30,620 nucleotides of DNA from positions 1 to 30,620 of IMG/VR virus record IMGVR_UViG_3300002307_000164. One strand, written 5' to 3'. Below, piece by piece: positions 1 through 8,151 of the stretch; positions within the stretch are counted from its first letter, which is position 1; each line of letters opens with the position of its first letter. Source of the stretch: a virus (lineage: Duplodnaviria > Caudoviricetes). Both the position numbers and the translations under genes were made by a program. The notes under the pieces are model-generated. The model was not told the DNA's origin, did not search any database, and worked only from the letters and a program-made list of their open reading frames with translations.

Positions 1-1540
1 GTTCAAGCGAATATTCACCTTCTTTTAATGCTGCTTCAACGGTAGGCTTGCTTGGTTTTTCCGGCTTGGTGGGTTCCGGTTCGTTAACGTTGAAGGAGTT
101 CTTTTTGTTAGTCAACAACGCTTTAAGTTCTGGGAACTCTGTAAACTTAGATTTCAATTCACCATATAACTTTACAACCGCTTCTTTTGAATCGCAACTT
201 TCAATACGTTCAACGTCTGTTTGATTACTGCCATTTTTAGACAATTCAATTTCACGGTTTGAAAATTCTTGGCGTATATCTTCACTTAATTCACCGTATT
301 GGTCACTAAGTTCTTTAAAATACTTTTCAAGGTCTTCTTTACTGCCGATAATTTCTATTGTGTTTATAACTAAATCTGTGTCAATTGATGGCTCATCAAC
401 AGAAATAGATTCTTCTTCAAGTTGTTGCGATTCGTTAAGTTGAAGTGTTGCAAGTGTCATATCTTCAACTTCTTGCGATTCTTCGACAACTTTAAGTCCT
501 GTCATTATTGAAACTTCTAAAAGTGAATCGCTAATAGGAGTTGGTGCTGGTATTTCTTCAATCGAAACAAAAGAAACTATGGATGCGGTAGTTAATTCTT
601 CAACCGGAACTTCTACTATTCCGTTTATTCTATTATACTCTTTTTTTGCATATTCATTCAACCATTTCCTAGCCACTTTAACCATTTCAATACCGTAGTT
701 ATACATTTCGGCACTAAAAGTAATGGTAGGAAATTTATATACACGTTCGGCTAGTGGTAAATGGTCGAAGTTGCATTTTTTCATAAATTCTGAAACTGCG
801 GTCTGGTACTCTTGGCTATCTTCCATATTAGAACCGTAATTCCAAAGCATACGTTTTAATTCATCTGCTATAAGATTTTCCGGCATATTCATAAGCGTAT
901 TGGCTATAACGAATTCACCAACACCCCACAAACCCATGTATCCACATCCTTGCCATTCGTATATGCGATTCATTTTTTCAACCGTCTTCTTTTGGAATGT
1001 AAACCTATCCCAACAGGCCTTGTTGTCTATAACCAGTTTGTTCTGATGAATAATATCACATTCGCCGCTTATGTATTCGTTTTCAAGACGTTCCGTGTTT
1101 TTGACATAGAATTCTCCGTCAACATCCGAAAGAAGTTCAATAGCTGCATCTTCAACAGCAAGACCTTTTTCGAAATATTTGGAATGAATGTCTTTTTTGA
1201 TTCCATCACGAACGCAGCAATATATTTCAATAAGATAAGAAATAGCCGTTTGTGAAAGTTGCGGAACTACTGGTTCATCCTTTTTAATAGATAGTTCACC
1301 ACGTTCAACTTCAAGTTCCGCTAGTTTCGTGCAAAGATTCTGGTACGTTTTTAATTTACGCCTATCTTCCGGTGTGTCTTGTATCTTTTTGTTTGTTTCT
1401 TCTATCGAAGCAAGACATTTTTCATAGTCTTTCTTAAATGGGGAAACTAAAGATTTTAAGTCACCCATAAGATTACCCCATGATGAACAACGGAATTTGT
1501 AGTTAGAGAAATCGAGTGGAGCGTTAAGTTGCTGTATCAT
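1..1540 (-). CDS. YqaJ/lambda-exonuclease-like PD-(D/E)xK nuclease with long acidic C-terminal extension (partial, runs off left edge)
   Basis: Not in the ORF track because there is no stop in the window. Manual translation from ATG at 1540 is open to the edge (about 513 codons): MIQQLNAPLDFSNYKFRCSSWGNL...KYFEKGLAVEDAAI...ISGECDII...VIDNKACWD...YEWQGCGYMGLW, matching YqaJ-type motifs. It lies near a RecT-like gene and an SSB. Confidence 0.8.
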   Translation of the reverse strand, partial: MIQQLNAPLDFSNYKFRCSSWGNLMGDLKSLVSPFKKDYEKCLASIEETNKKIQDTPEDRRKLKTYQNLCTKLAELEVERGELSIKKDEPVVPQLSQTAISYLIEIYCCVRDGIKKDIHSKYFEKGLAVEDAAIELLSDVDGEFYVKNTERLENEYISGECDIIHQNKLVIDNKACWDRFTFQKKTVEKMNRIYEWQGCGYMGLWGVGEFVIANTLMNMPENLIADELKRMLWNYGSNMEDSQEYQTAVSEFMKKCNFDHLPLAERVYKFPTITFSAEMYNYGIEMVKVARKWLNEYAKKEYNRINGIVEVPVEELTTASIVSFVSIEEIPAPTPISDSLLEVSIMTGLKVVEESQEVEDMTLATLQLNESQQLEEESISVDEPSIDTDLVINTIEIIGSKEDLEKYFKELSDQYGELSEDIRQEFSNREIELSKNGSNQTDVERIESCDSKEAVVKLYGELKSKFTEFPELKALLTNKKNSFNVNEPEPTKPEKPSKPTVEAALKEGEYSLE

Positions 1541-1543
1541 AAA

Positions 1544-1702
1544 TTAAGAAAGTTTTTTAGTTTCTACTTTAAGAAAGTCGTTAGTGTATGGTGTGTTTTT
1601 ATGATTGTCTGCCAATGATGCAATAAATTTGTTGCATAATTCACCTTCTTTAAATATAAGACAACCGGATTGATACTTTGATGTGAATGTTATTTGTATC
1701 AT
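1544..1702 (-). CDS. small hypothetical protein (probably 52 aa, MIQITFTSKY...)
   Basis: ORF track gives 1544..1792. The ATG at 1702 follows an A-rich leader and a hairpin region. The stop lies 3 nt upstream of the exonuclease start. Confidence 0.45.
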   Translation of the reverse strand: MIQITFTSKYQSGCLIFKEGELCNKFIASLADNHKNTPYTNDFLKVETKKLS

Positions 1703-1725
1703 CTTTATAGATTTGATTCGCAGCA

Positions 1726-1749
1726 CAAAATCCCACGTTTTATGGTGGG
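1726..1749 (-). terminator. hairpin (CCCAC...GTGGG) followed by a short U-rich tract on the minus strand; possible terminator or attenuator
   Basis: Minus strand reads aacccaccataaaacgtgggattttg, downstream of the RecT-like gene. Confidence 0.35.
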
Positions 1750-1807
1750 TTATTTCATGCATTAGATTGTGCCAGTTATAATCATACACCAATTCAATCC
1801 TAACTAA

Positions 1808-2671
1808 TTACTTATCCTTCAACTGTTCTTTAAGATGATTATACATATCCAAATTGAAAACTTGCATGTTTTCAAGTTTGAAACCTTTACAAACTTCACC
1901 AACTTTAGTTTCCAAGTCGGAAAGCGTTGTTGCCTTTTGTATATGTTTGTCGAATCTTTCTTGTTGTTGTTTAGATACGTTTACGGTTACTGGTAAACTT
2001 GCGGTTGTGGTATCTTTAACTTCTTGCGCATAACCACCATCAACAGTGTTTTCTTGTTCGCCGTCACCAACTTCCATTCCGGTAATATGTTCGATAAGCC
2101 ACGCCTTAGCTTTTCTTTCAGCCTTACCACGAATAGCGTCTTCGGTTGTTACCCCTTTATAAACTTTAATAGGGAATACAATTATTTTCTTTTCTGCTTT
2201 CCCATCTCTAACCCACTCTATCGTAGTAGTGATAGTTGTTATCCCATCAATTTCTTTTGACAATGAATAGGAAATGTCTGGGTGAACACCAAGTCGATTT
2301 TTAAGAATGTGACTAACGCCATTCTTGGTAATATAACAATTACCGCCAAGAATGTTAAATTGGTTATCGGTAGGTTCTACACCTTTAAGCGTTGCGGAAA
2401 CTAAGGCCGAAAGAACGGTTTCTTCGGGATATACTTCACCTTTTTTGCAATCGGTTTTAAATCCGAACTGTTCTCCTTGAAGTGACATTACATCCTTTAC
2501 GAATTCTTTATCTTTTTTGAATTCTTCTTTTATAAGTGATACCACTTTTGTTTTCGCTTTAAGCAAAGCGAATCCGGTTAGGCCGGAATTAAGAAGTTGC
2601 GAAACCGCTGTGTCAATTTTTTTTGCGCTTTCTATTTCGGTTTTGGATACTAATGTAAGTTCTTGTGACAT
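1808..2671 (-). CDS. single-strand annealing protein (RecT/Redbeta-like recombinase)
   Basis: About 287 aa from ATG 2671 (MSQELTL). Segments 'GVEPTDNQFNILGGNCYITKNG' and 'DAIRGKAERKAKAW' resemble the SSAP core. Position between SSB and YqaJ-like exonuclease fits. Confidence 0.6.
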   Translation of the reverse strand: MSQELTLVSKTEIESAKKIDTAVSQLLNSGLTGFALLKAKTKVVSLIKEEFKKDKEFVKDVMSLQGEQFGFKTDCKKGEVYPEETVLSALVSATLKGVEPTDNQFNILGGNCYITKNGVSHILKNRLGVHPDISYSLSKEIDGITTITTTIEWVRDGKAEKKIIVFPIKVYKGVTTEDAIRGKAERKAKAWLIEHITGMEVGDGEQENTVDGGYAQEVKDTTTASLPVTVNVSKQQQERFDKHIQKATTLSDLETKVGEVCKGFKLENMQVFNLDMYNHLKEQLKDK

Positions 2672-2690
2672 ATTAAAGGTTTGTTTTTGC

Positions 2691-2751
2691 AGCTCCAATT
2701 CCCGCCTAGTCTAGCTAGAGCGGGTTGAAGCCGTTAGGACGATACGCCTAA
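2691..2751 (-). promoter_or_regulatory. two GC-rich intergenic stem-loops
   Basis: Minus strand: ttaggcgtatcgtcctaa hairpin (2734-2751), then a long bulged stem ggcttcaa-cccgc-t-ctag / ctag-gcggg-aa-ttggagct (2691-2732). Confidence 0.55.
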
Positions 2752-2755
2752 TTCG

Positions 2756-3271
2756 TTAGAACGGAAGGTCGTCACCTTCCGGTTGCGGTATTTCTTCCAC
2801 CTTTGTTTCCGGTTTCGGTTCCGGTTTTGCTGTACGTGTTGGATTAGCAACCGCCAACGGGTCAATTTTGTAAATGTTCAAATTCGTGAAGCACGTTTTT
2901 GAATCTGGGTTTCCATAGTAAGATTCACCGTTTACTACAATTTTCTTTTCGGAATCTTTCAAAGTTCCACGCAAAGAAAAGTAAACGTTGATTGTATCAC
3001 CAGGCGAAAGGTTCAAAGATTCAACAAGGTCGCAGGCGTTTCCGGTAAGCTGGAAACTAACATTGTTTTTGTATTCTTCGCCATTTACAAATGATGTTAC
3101 GCAAAGTATAAGTTCACGCACAAAAAAGTTCTTTCCGGCAGTGGTCGATTTGTCAACCTTGGGATTGAACGCAACAATATCGCCTTCCATCATAAAAGGC
3201 TTGTTATCATATTTCTTTTCGGCTTGCTTTATTTGTTGCCGCAATGTCACTAATTCTTGTTCCGGTGTCAT
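2756..3271 (-). CDS. single-stranded DNA-binding protein, DUF3127-like
   Basis: OB-fold-like core (VRELIL...FQLTGNACDLV...GDTINVYFSLRG...FTNLNIYKID), Pro/Lys/Glu linker and acidic C-terminal tip DDLPF typical of SSBs. Confidence 0.8.
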   Translation of the reverse strand: MTPEQELVTLRQQIKQAEKKYDNKPFMMEGDIVAFNPKVDKSTTAGKNFFVRELILCVTSFVNGEEYKNNVSFQLTGNACDLVESLNLSPGDTINVYFSLRGTLKDSEKKIVVNGESYYGNPDSKTCFTNLNIYKIDPLAVANPTRTAKPEPKPETKVEEIPQPEGDDLPF

Positions 3272-3303
3272 AATTTTACGTTTGATTTTTAGTTAAGAAA
3301 GGA

Positions 3304-3311
3304 CAAAGATA
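3304..3311 (-). promoter_or_regulatory. Bacteroidota-type -7 promoter element TATCTTTG (leftward)
   Basis: Reverse complement of caaagata matches TAnnTTTG, about 32 nt upstream of the SSB ATG. Confidence 0.65.
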
Positions 3312-3359
3312 ATACCCCAAAACGACATTTCCTAATATTTATAAATATTTTTTTTAGAA

Positions 3360-3390
3360 TTTGGAAATTCAATTTATAGTAGTATATTTG
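3360..3390 (+). promoter_or_regulatory. Bacteroidota-type promoter TTTG-N19-TATATTTG (rightward)
   Basis: TTTG at 3360-3363, 19-nt spacer, TATATTTG at 3383-3390, upstream of ATG 3410. Matches the -33/-7 consensus. Confidence 0.75.
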
Positions 3391-3409
3391 CCTTTCAATC
3401 GGCTAAACA

Positions 3410-3658
3410 ATGGACAATAACAATATAGAATCAAGAACCCCGCAACAAGAATTTTCTTTTTATTTGCCTTGGTTTCAAGATAATATAAAAGGAAAAGACG
3501 TTACTATACTTTCTGAAAAAATAGGATGTTCCGTAGCTTCAATGTATAATTATCTTGGCGGCAACGTGCCGGATACTAGCAAATGCAAGTATATAGTAGA
3601 AGAAGCAATTAAATTGTTGAACGACAAAGGATTATTTTTTATAAATACTGAATTATGA
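3410..3658 (+). CDS. Cro/XRE-like helix-turn-helix regulator
   Basis: 82 aa with HTH pattern 'VTILSEKIGCSVASMYNYLGG'. First gene after the divergent promoter. Confidence 0.65.
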   Translation: MDNNNIESRTPQQEFSFYLPWFQDNIKGKDVTILSEKIGCSVASMYNYLGGNVPDTSKCKYIVEEAIKLLNDKGLFFINTEL

Positions 3659-4065
3659 AAACTTTTACTTGGTATATTTATCAAATTTTAATTAACGACA
3701 AAGTTGTTTATATAGGTAAAACAACAAATATATTAAATAGAATTGGTCAACATTTATCATGTTTTAAAAAACCAAATTTTTATTTTCAAATTTTTATAAA
3801 TCAACATATAAATAAAGGAATTTATCCAAAATTTGAAATTGTTTTCATTACAAAAAACGGAGCAGACGCGCATTGTAAAGAATTTCAATTGATAAAAGAA
3901 TCAACCACTTCTTTAAATGGAAGATTCAAAAAAATGTATAGCAATAAAGATGATGATTTCTTTAAATTCTATATAATTAAAAAATCTTTACAATATAAAG
4001 AATTTTGTAAAAAATCAAAAAAAGATATAGAAATTCAACTTTCTTCTTTACTTGAAAAACTGTAG
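3655..4065 (+). CDS. GIY-YIG nuclease (homing-endonuclease-like)
   Basis: YIY...VVYIGKT...RIGQH...E motif set. Markedly AT-rich relative to neighbours. ATGA overlap with the upstream gene. Confidence 0.75.
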   Translation: MKTFTWYIYQILINDKVVYIGKTTNILNRIGQHLSCFKKPNFYFQIFINQHINKGIYPKFEIVFITKNGADAHCKEFQLIKESTTSLNGRFKKMYSNKDDDFFKFYIIKKSLQYKEFCKKSKKDIEIQLSSLLEKL

Positions 4066-4070
4066 TTGTA

Positions 4071-5207
4071 ATGAAAAAAATAACCTTAAGCATATCCAAA
4101 CTTCGTGAATTCATAGTTTTTGCTGATAAAATTGAATCCGCAAAAAATATTGACATGCTTTCTACTAAGGATTATATTAAGCTTGAAATTGTAATGGAAG
4201 AAGTAATGTTGACTAAGCACAACGTTTACGCTTTCGTTAAACATTCATTCACACAAGCAGACCAGGACGATTTGGACGGTTTATTGATTAACGAAAAAAT
4301 ATTCTTTGATTACATTAAAACTTGTCCAGAATCATCAAAAAGTCTATATATACAGTACGAACAAAAGGAAAATTCAATGTTCGTTTCCATTTCCGACAAT
4401 GAAAAAATGAAAAACAAACAATCGTTTAACTATTCTACTGAAATGGTTAAGATTGAAAACTTTCCAAATACGGACGTACAAACCGGAGGTGTTCAAAAAA
4501 CCAGAATCTTACAAGACGTAATTTCATCAATAAACATTGCAAAAGGGTTTATTTCAAAAGACAATGGCGCTGGTTCATTATTCTGCGCATTATATATCAT
4601 CAACGACTGCATTTATGCTTCCGATAGATTTACTTTCTATTACAAAAAACTTATTTCCGCTAAATCGTTACCGTTTATAGCAATTACCACCGAACAAATA
4701 CGAATACTAAACAACGATTTGAATTTCATAGATTATTGTGTTACGCCAACGCACAACTTATATTACAAAGGAAACACCATATTTGGATATAGGCAAGAAG
4801 AAGGAATGAACGGTTACGACTATACACAATTCTTTGAAAAGTCACCACAGGATTACATAAAGGTTAGGGTTGATGATTTGATGTTGTTTTGCAATCGTTC
4901 AAAAAATCTTTCTTCTTTGGGTGATTTGCATTTCATACCAAGTAGATGTACGGTTGAAGGAAATGAGGCTATATTCAAATACATCGACACTGACTATGGT
5001 AATGAAAACATAAATGAAGTTGCAATACTTTCTAGTGGTGGTATCATGCAACCGTTTTCTTTGAATCATTCGCTTTGGTACGAATTGCTTAAGCCATTGC
5101 CGTACAAAGAAATAATTATCAATCACAATCCGAAAATGCCATTTATATCAATAACGTCTACCGAAGATAAGGAATTTTATTGTGTGGTATCAAAGGTTAA
5201 CTTATGA
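4071..5207 (+). CDS. DNA polymerase III beta-subunit-like sliding clamp (divergent)
   Basis: 378 aa (DnaN size), with 'ENFP' after the first domain, 'IYASDRFTF' resembling the DnaN ATDxxRL motif, and 'FSLNHSLWYELLKPL...FYCVVSKV' resembling the DnaN C-terminus. Confidence 0.65.
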   Translation: MKKITLSISKLREFIVFADKIESAKNIDMLSTKDYIKLEIVMEEVMLTKHNVYAFVKHSFTQADQDDLDGLLINEKIFFDYIKTCPESSKSLYIQYEQKENSMFVSISDNEKMKNKQSFNYSTEMVKIENFPNTDVQTGGVQKTRILQDVISSINIAKGFISKDNGAGSLFCALYIINDCIYASDRFTFYYKKLISAKSLPFIAITTEQIRILNNDLNFIDYCVTPTHNLYYKGNTIFGYRQEEGMNGYDYTQFFEKSPQDYIKVRVDDLMLFCNRSKNLSSLGDLHFIPSRCTVEGNEAIFKYIDTDYGNENINEVAILSSGGIMQPFSLNHSLWYELLKPLPYKEIIINHNPKMPFISITSTEDKEFYCVVSKVNL

Positions 5208-5566
5208 TACAAACCTACCAGAACGACCTAGAAATATTACTAAAAGGCGAAGGTTTTATGCGCCTCATTCTTGCTAGTATTATTGACGAAGCACAACCGA
5301 TACTTGAAAAAGGTATTGATTCCGCTAGGGTTTGTATTGTTTCAAAGTATAGTGAAAATGAAATTGGTAAACGGTTATGCATTGACGCTAACTGGGAAAG
5401 ATATTCTGACGAACGTTTAATAATACGTATAAACGAAGTAATTTCATTCGAAGAAATTGACGGTATGCCGGATTGCGTATTGGATAAGTATAACGAAATT
5501 AAAAAAGCATATGAAAGCGGTGAATTTAGCGAGTGTTTTGATTCAATAGGAGGGCTTCGGTTATGA
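5204..5566 (+). CDS. hypothetical protein
   Basis: 120-aa ORF with ATGA overlaps on both sides. Confidence 0.7.
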   Translation: MIQTYQNDLEILLKGEGFMRLILASIIDEAQPILEKGIDSARVCIVSKYSENEIGKRLCIDANWERYSDERLIIRINEVISFEEIDGMPDCVLDKYNEIKKAYESGEFSECFDSIGGLRL

Positions 5567-6315
5567 TTACTTTCTTCGATTTAGAGACTACCGGAACATC
5601 AACAACCAAAGATAGAATTGTATCGTTTAGTGCGATACAAACCGATAATAATTTTGTTAAAGTCGAAGGTTCTGAAAAATCACTTTTGTTTAATCCTGGT
5701 ACTGGAATACTAATACCAAAAGAAGCTTCCGATGTGCATGGGATTACAAATGAAATGGTTGCCGGAAAACCTACTTTTAAACAATATGCACCGAAGATTT
5801 TGGCGTATATGTATCTATCTGATTATCTTGGCGGATACAATATTTCGAAGTTTGACATTCCATTACTATTTGAAGAATTTTTTCGTTCGGACGGTATAAT
5901 TTTTGACATAGAACGTTTTAAAATACTTGACGGTTGTCAAGTGTTTCATAAAAAAGAACCAAGGGATTTAACGGCGGCTGTGAAATTTTACACAGGAAAA
6001 AAACTTGAAGGAGCGCATAATTCCGACAATGATACAATTGCTTCTTTAGATGTATTAGAGGGTCAAATGTTCATGTACGATATGTCGATTGAAGATTTGG
6101 TAGAATACAGCAAACAGAAAGGAGAATTTGTAGACTTCGATAGAAAAATAAAACGCAGGGAATCAGACGGTGTGTTTATTTGGGGTGATTTTGGAAAGAA
6201 TAAAGGTCGTCCGATAAAAGAAGACTTATCATACTGCGATTGGTTTCTTGGTGCGGATTTTTCTTCACATAGTAAAATTATTTTAAGGCAAATTATAACT
6301 AATAAAATTATATAG
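5563..6315 (+). CDS. DEDDh 3'-5' exonuclease (DnaQ/epsilon-like)
   Basis: ExoI DLETTG, 'ASDVHGITNEMV', ExoII YNISKFD, ExoIII AHNSDND, and C-terminal FGKNKG small domain. Confidence 0.92.
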   Translation: MITFFDLETTGTSTTKDRIVSFSAIQTDNNFVKVEGSEKSLLFNPGTGILIPKEASDVHGITNEMVAGKPTFKQYAPKILAYMYLSDYLGGYNISKFDIPLLFEEFFRSDGIIFDIERFKILDGCQVFHKKEPRDLTAAVKFYTGKKLEGAHNSDNDTIASLDVLEGQMFMYDMSIEDLVEYSKQKGEFVDFDRKIKRRESDGVFIWGDFGKNKGRPIKEDLSYCDWFLGADFSSHSKIILRQIITNKII

Positions 6316-6316
6316 A

Positions 6317-7213
6317 ATGAAAACGAAAACAATTGAAAAAATAATTTCAAAAAAGTTTAACGAATTTTTATCTTCAATAAAAGATGAAAACGTTAAATTG
6401 TTAGTTAAGAAAAATACTATCATTACTGGTGGTTGTATTTCTTCAATGTTTTTAAACGAAAAAGTAAATGATTATGATTTATATTTTACAAATTATGAAA
6501 CAACATTAGCAGTTGCTAAATATTATCTTAACGTATTTAACGAAAAAAATAAAACAAGTGGTTATGTTTTAGATTGGGATAAACATAATAAAGAACAAAA
6601 CCAATTTAAAGTGCCGGATTTGGTAGAAGAATTTAGGGTTAAAATAATGTTTGATTCTATGGGTTCGGCTAAAGAAGTTGGATTACAAGATGAATCGGAA
6701 ATACATGAACTTGGAGATACAATTGAAGTTAAAGATGACGAAGGTGAAAAATACAGACCTATTTATATTTCATCAAATGCGATTACTCTTTCTTCACAAA
6801 TACAAATAATAGTACGTTTTTATGGTGAAGCAAATGAAATTCACGATAATTATGATTTTTCACATTGTACTAATTATTGGTTGTCTGAAAAAGAAAAACT
6901 TTACATAAACCAAAAAGCTTTGGAATGTATTTTAACAAAGGAACTTTTTTATATTGGAAGCAAATACCCGCTTGCTTCCATTATAAGAATTCGTAAATTT
7001 GTTAAACGTGGTTGGCAAATAAACGCAGGGCAAATAGTAAAAATGGCTTTACAATTAAATACATTTAATTTACTTGACCCTAAAGTGCTTGAAGAACAAT
7101 TAACTGGTGTTGACTTGTCATACTTTGCGCAATTAATAGAAGCAATACAAAATGCTAGTCCAGAAAAACTTAACTATCTTTATATATCAGAAATAATAGA
7201 CCGTATATTCTAA
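6317..7213 (+). CDS. nucleotidyltransferase, CCA-adding/poly(A)-polymerase-like (Pol beta superfamily)
   Basis: GGCISS...NDYDLY catalytic motif. 'DNYDFSHC' and 'KYPLASIIRIRKFVKRGW' echo the RRDFT and EDPLRxxR motifs of class II NTases. Confidence 0.7.
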   Translation: MKTKTIEKIISKKFNEFLSSIKDENVKLLVKKNTIITGGCISSMFLNEKVNDYDLYFTNYETTLAVAKYYLNVFNEKNKTSGYVLDWDKHNKEQNQFKVPDLVEEFRVKIMFDSMGSAKEVGLQDESEIHELGDTIEVKDDEGEKYRPIYISSNAITLSSQIQIIVRFYGEANEIHDNYDFSHCTNYWLSEKEKLYINQKALECILTKELFYIGSKYPLASIIRIRKFVKRGWQINAGQIVKMALQLNTFNLLDPKVLEEQLTGVDLSYFAQLIEAIQNASPEKLNYLYISEIIDRIF

Positions 7214-7232
7214 ATCAAACATAATATAGTTT

Positions 7233-7769
7233 ATGCATAAACACATCAATAACTTCAGAAAATTACTTATCGCATTAAATGACAAAAATCTTGTATTATG
7301 CGGTACTTTAGCATTGAAAATTCACGGATTAAAAATGCATAGGGAATCCGGCGATTTAGATGTTGCCATATATAAACCTACCGATAAACAAATGTCTATA
7401 CTTAGAAATTTATCTATGTTACAGACAAGAGAAGACGGCTTTCAAGAAGGACACGATAAAATACAGGACGAAGACTACCCAATTGATAATATAATTTTGA
7501 AGTTTCAAAAAAGTGGATACAAAATTGATATTCATTTAACAAAAGATGAACTTCCAAAAAATGTAGAGTTTCTTTACTATGAATTTAATACAAATGGTAT
7601 TCATCATATACCTATGACTTTCTTTTTTAAAGTACAAAACATAGCTTTAAATATAGAAGCTAAGAATTCTTACGCAATAAGAAATCAAGACGGATTGCGT
7701 TTGTATCGTAGGATAAAAGACGCAAAAGATTTCCAAGACCTAAAAAATTCTAACTTCAACCTTGACTAG
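7233..7769 (+). CDS. minimal nucleotidyltransferase-fold protein
   Basis: LCGTLALKIHG...RESGDLDVA (G...DxD), third acidic residue in KIDIH, and C-terminal K...R-x-KD-x-x-D motif (RIKDAKD). Confidence 0.65.
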   Translation: MHKHINNFRKLLIALNDKNLVLCGTLALKIHGLKMHRESGDLDVAIYKPTDKQMSILRNLSMLQTREDGFQEGHDKIQDEDYPIDNIILKFQKSGYKIDIHLTKDELPKNVEFLYYEFNTNGIHHIPMTFFFKVQNIALNIEAKNSYAIRNQDGLRLYRRIKDAKDFQDLKNSNFNLD

Positions 7770-8113
7770 TGATAGCCACCACCAAAGCAAACATAATAAA
7801 CAAATACCGTGAACCAATTAAGGTATCCACGTACTACTTACATAAGTCAGGTAAGTATATGGTTGAAGAAGTTTCAACGGAACCAGTTTATTATTGCAAG
7901 ATAGGTGACGAAGTTGGATTGATTTCCAGAAATTTTTCAATTGGCGGATGGTTTTACGTTGTGATAAATAAAAAAGATGAAACGTTTTTAATAGATGAAA
8001 AAGATATAGATTGCGATTTTCATTTTTTACCACAATCCGTTACTGAAAAAATACCAAATTATAGAATGAATACGCATAAGTTTACCGATTTCCAAGAATT
8101 TAACTTTTTCTAA
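7769..8113 (+). CDS. hypothetical protein
   Basis: 114-aa ORF. The GTG start overlaps the upstream TAG. Confidence 0.6.
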   Translation: MIATTKANIINKYREPIKVSTYYLHKSGKYMVEEVSTEPVYYCKIGDEVGLISRNFSIGGWFYVVINKKDETFLIDEKDIDCDFHFLPQSVTEKIPNYRMNTHKFTDFQEFNFF

Positions 8114-8123
8114 AAATTAACCT

Positions 8124-8151
8124 TTCGGTGTAGGTCAACCGAATATTTTTT
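8124..8151 (+). terminator. stem-loop TTCGGT/ACCGAA followed by TATTTTTT
   Basis: 6-bp stem (8124-8129 with 8138-8143) and T tract in the intergenic gap, immediately before ATG 8152. Confidence 0.4.

Noticed and set aside
503-507. Apparent TAATG stop/start junction suggesting two genes or a frameshift in the exonuclease region
   Set aside because: The TAA is out of frame. Translation from 1540 reads ...TCA ATA ATG ACA... straight through as one ORF.
2672-2755. Possible tRNA gene in the GC-rich intergenic segment
   Set aside because: No cloverleaf and no T-loop GTTC motif; only two hairpins.
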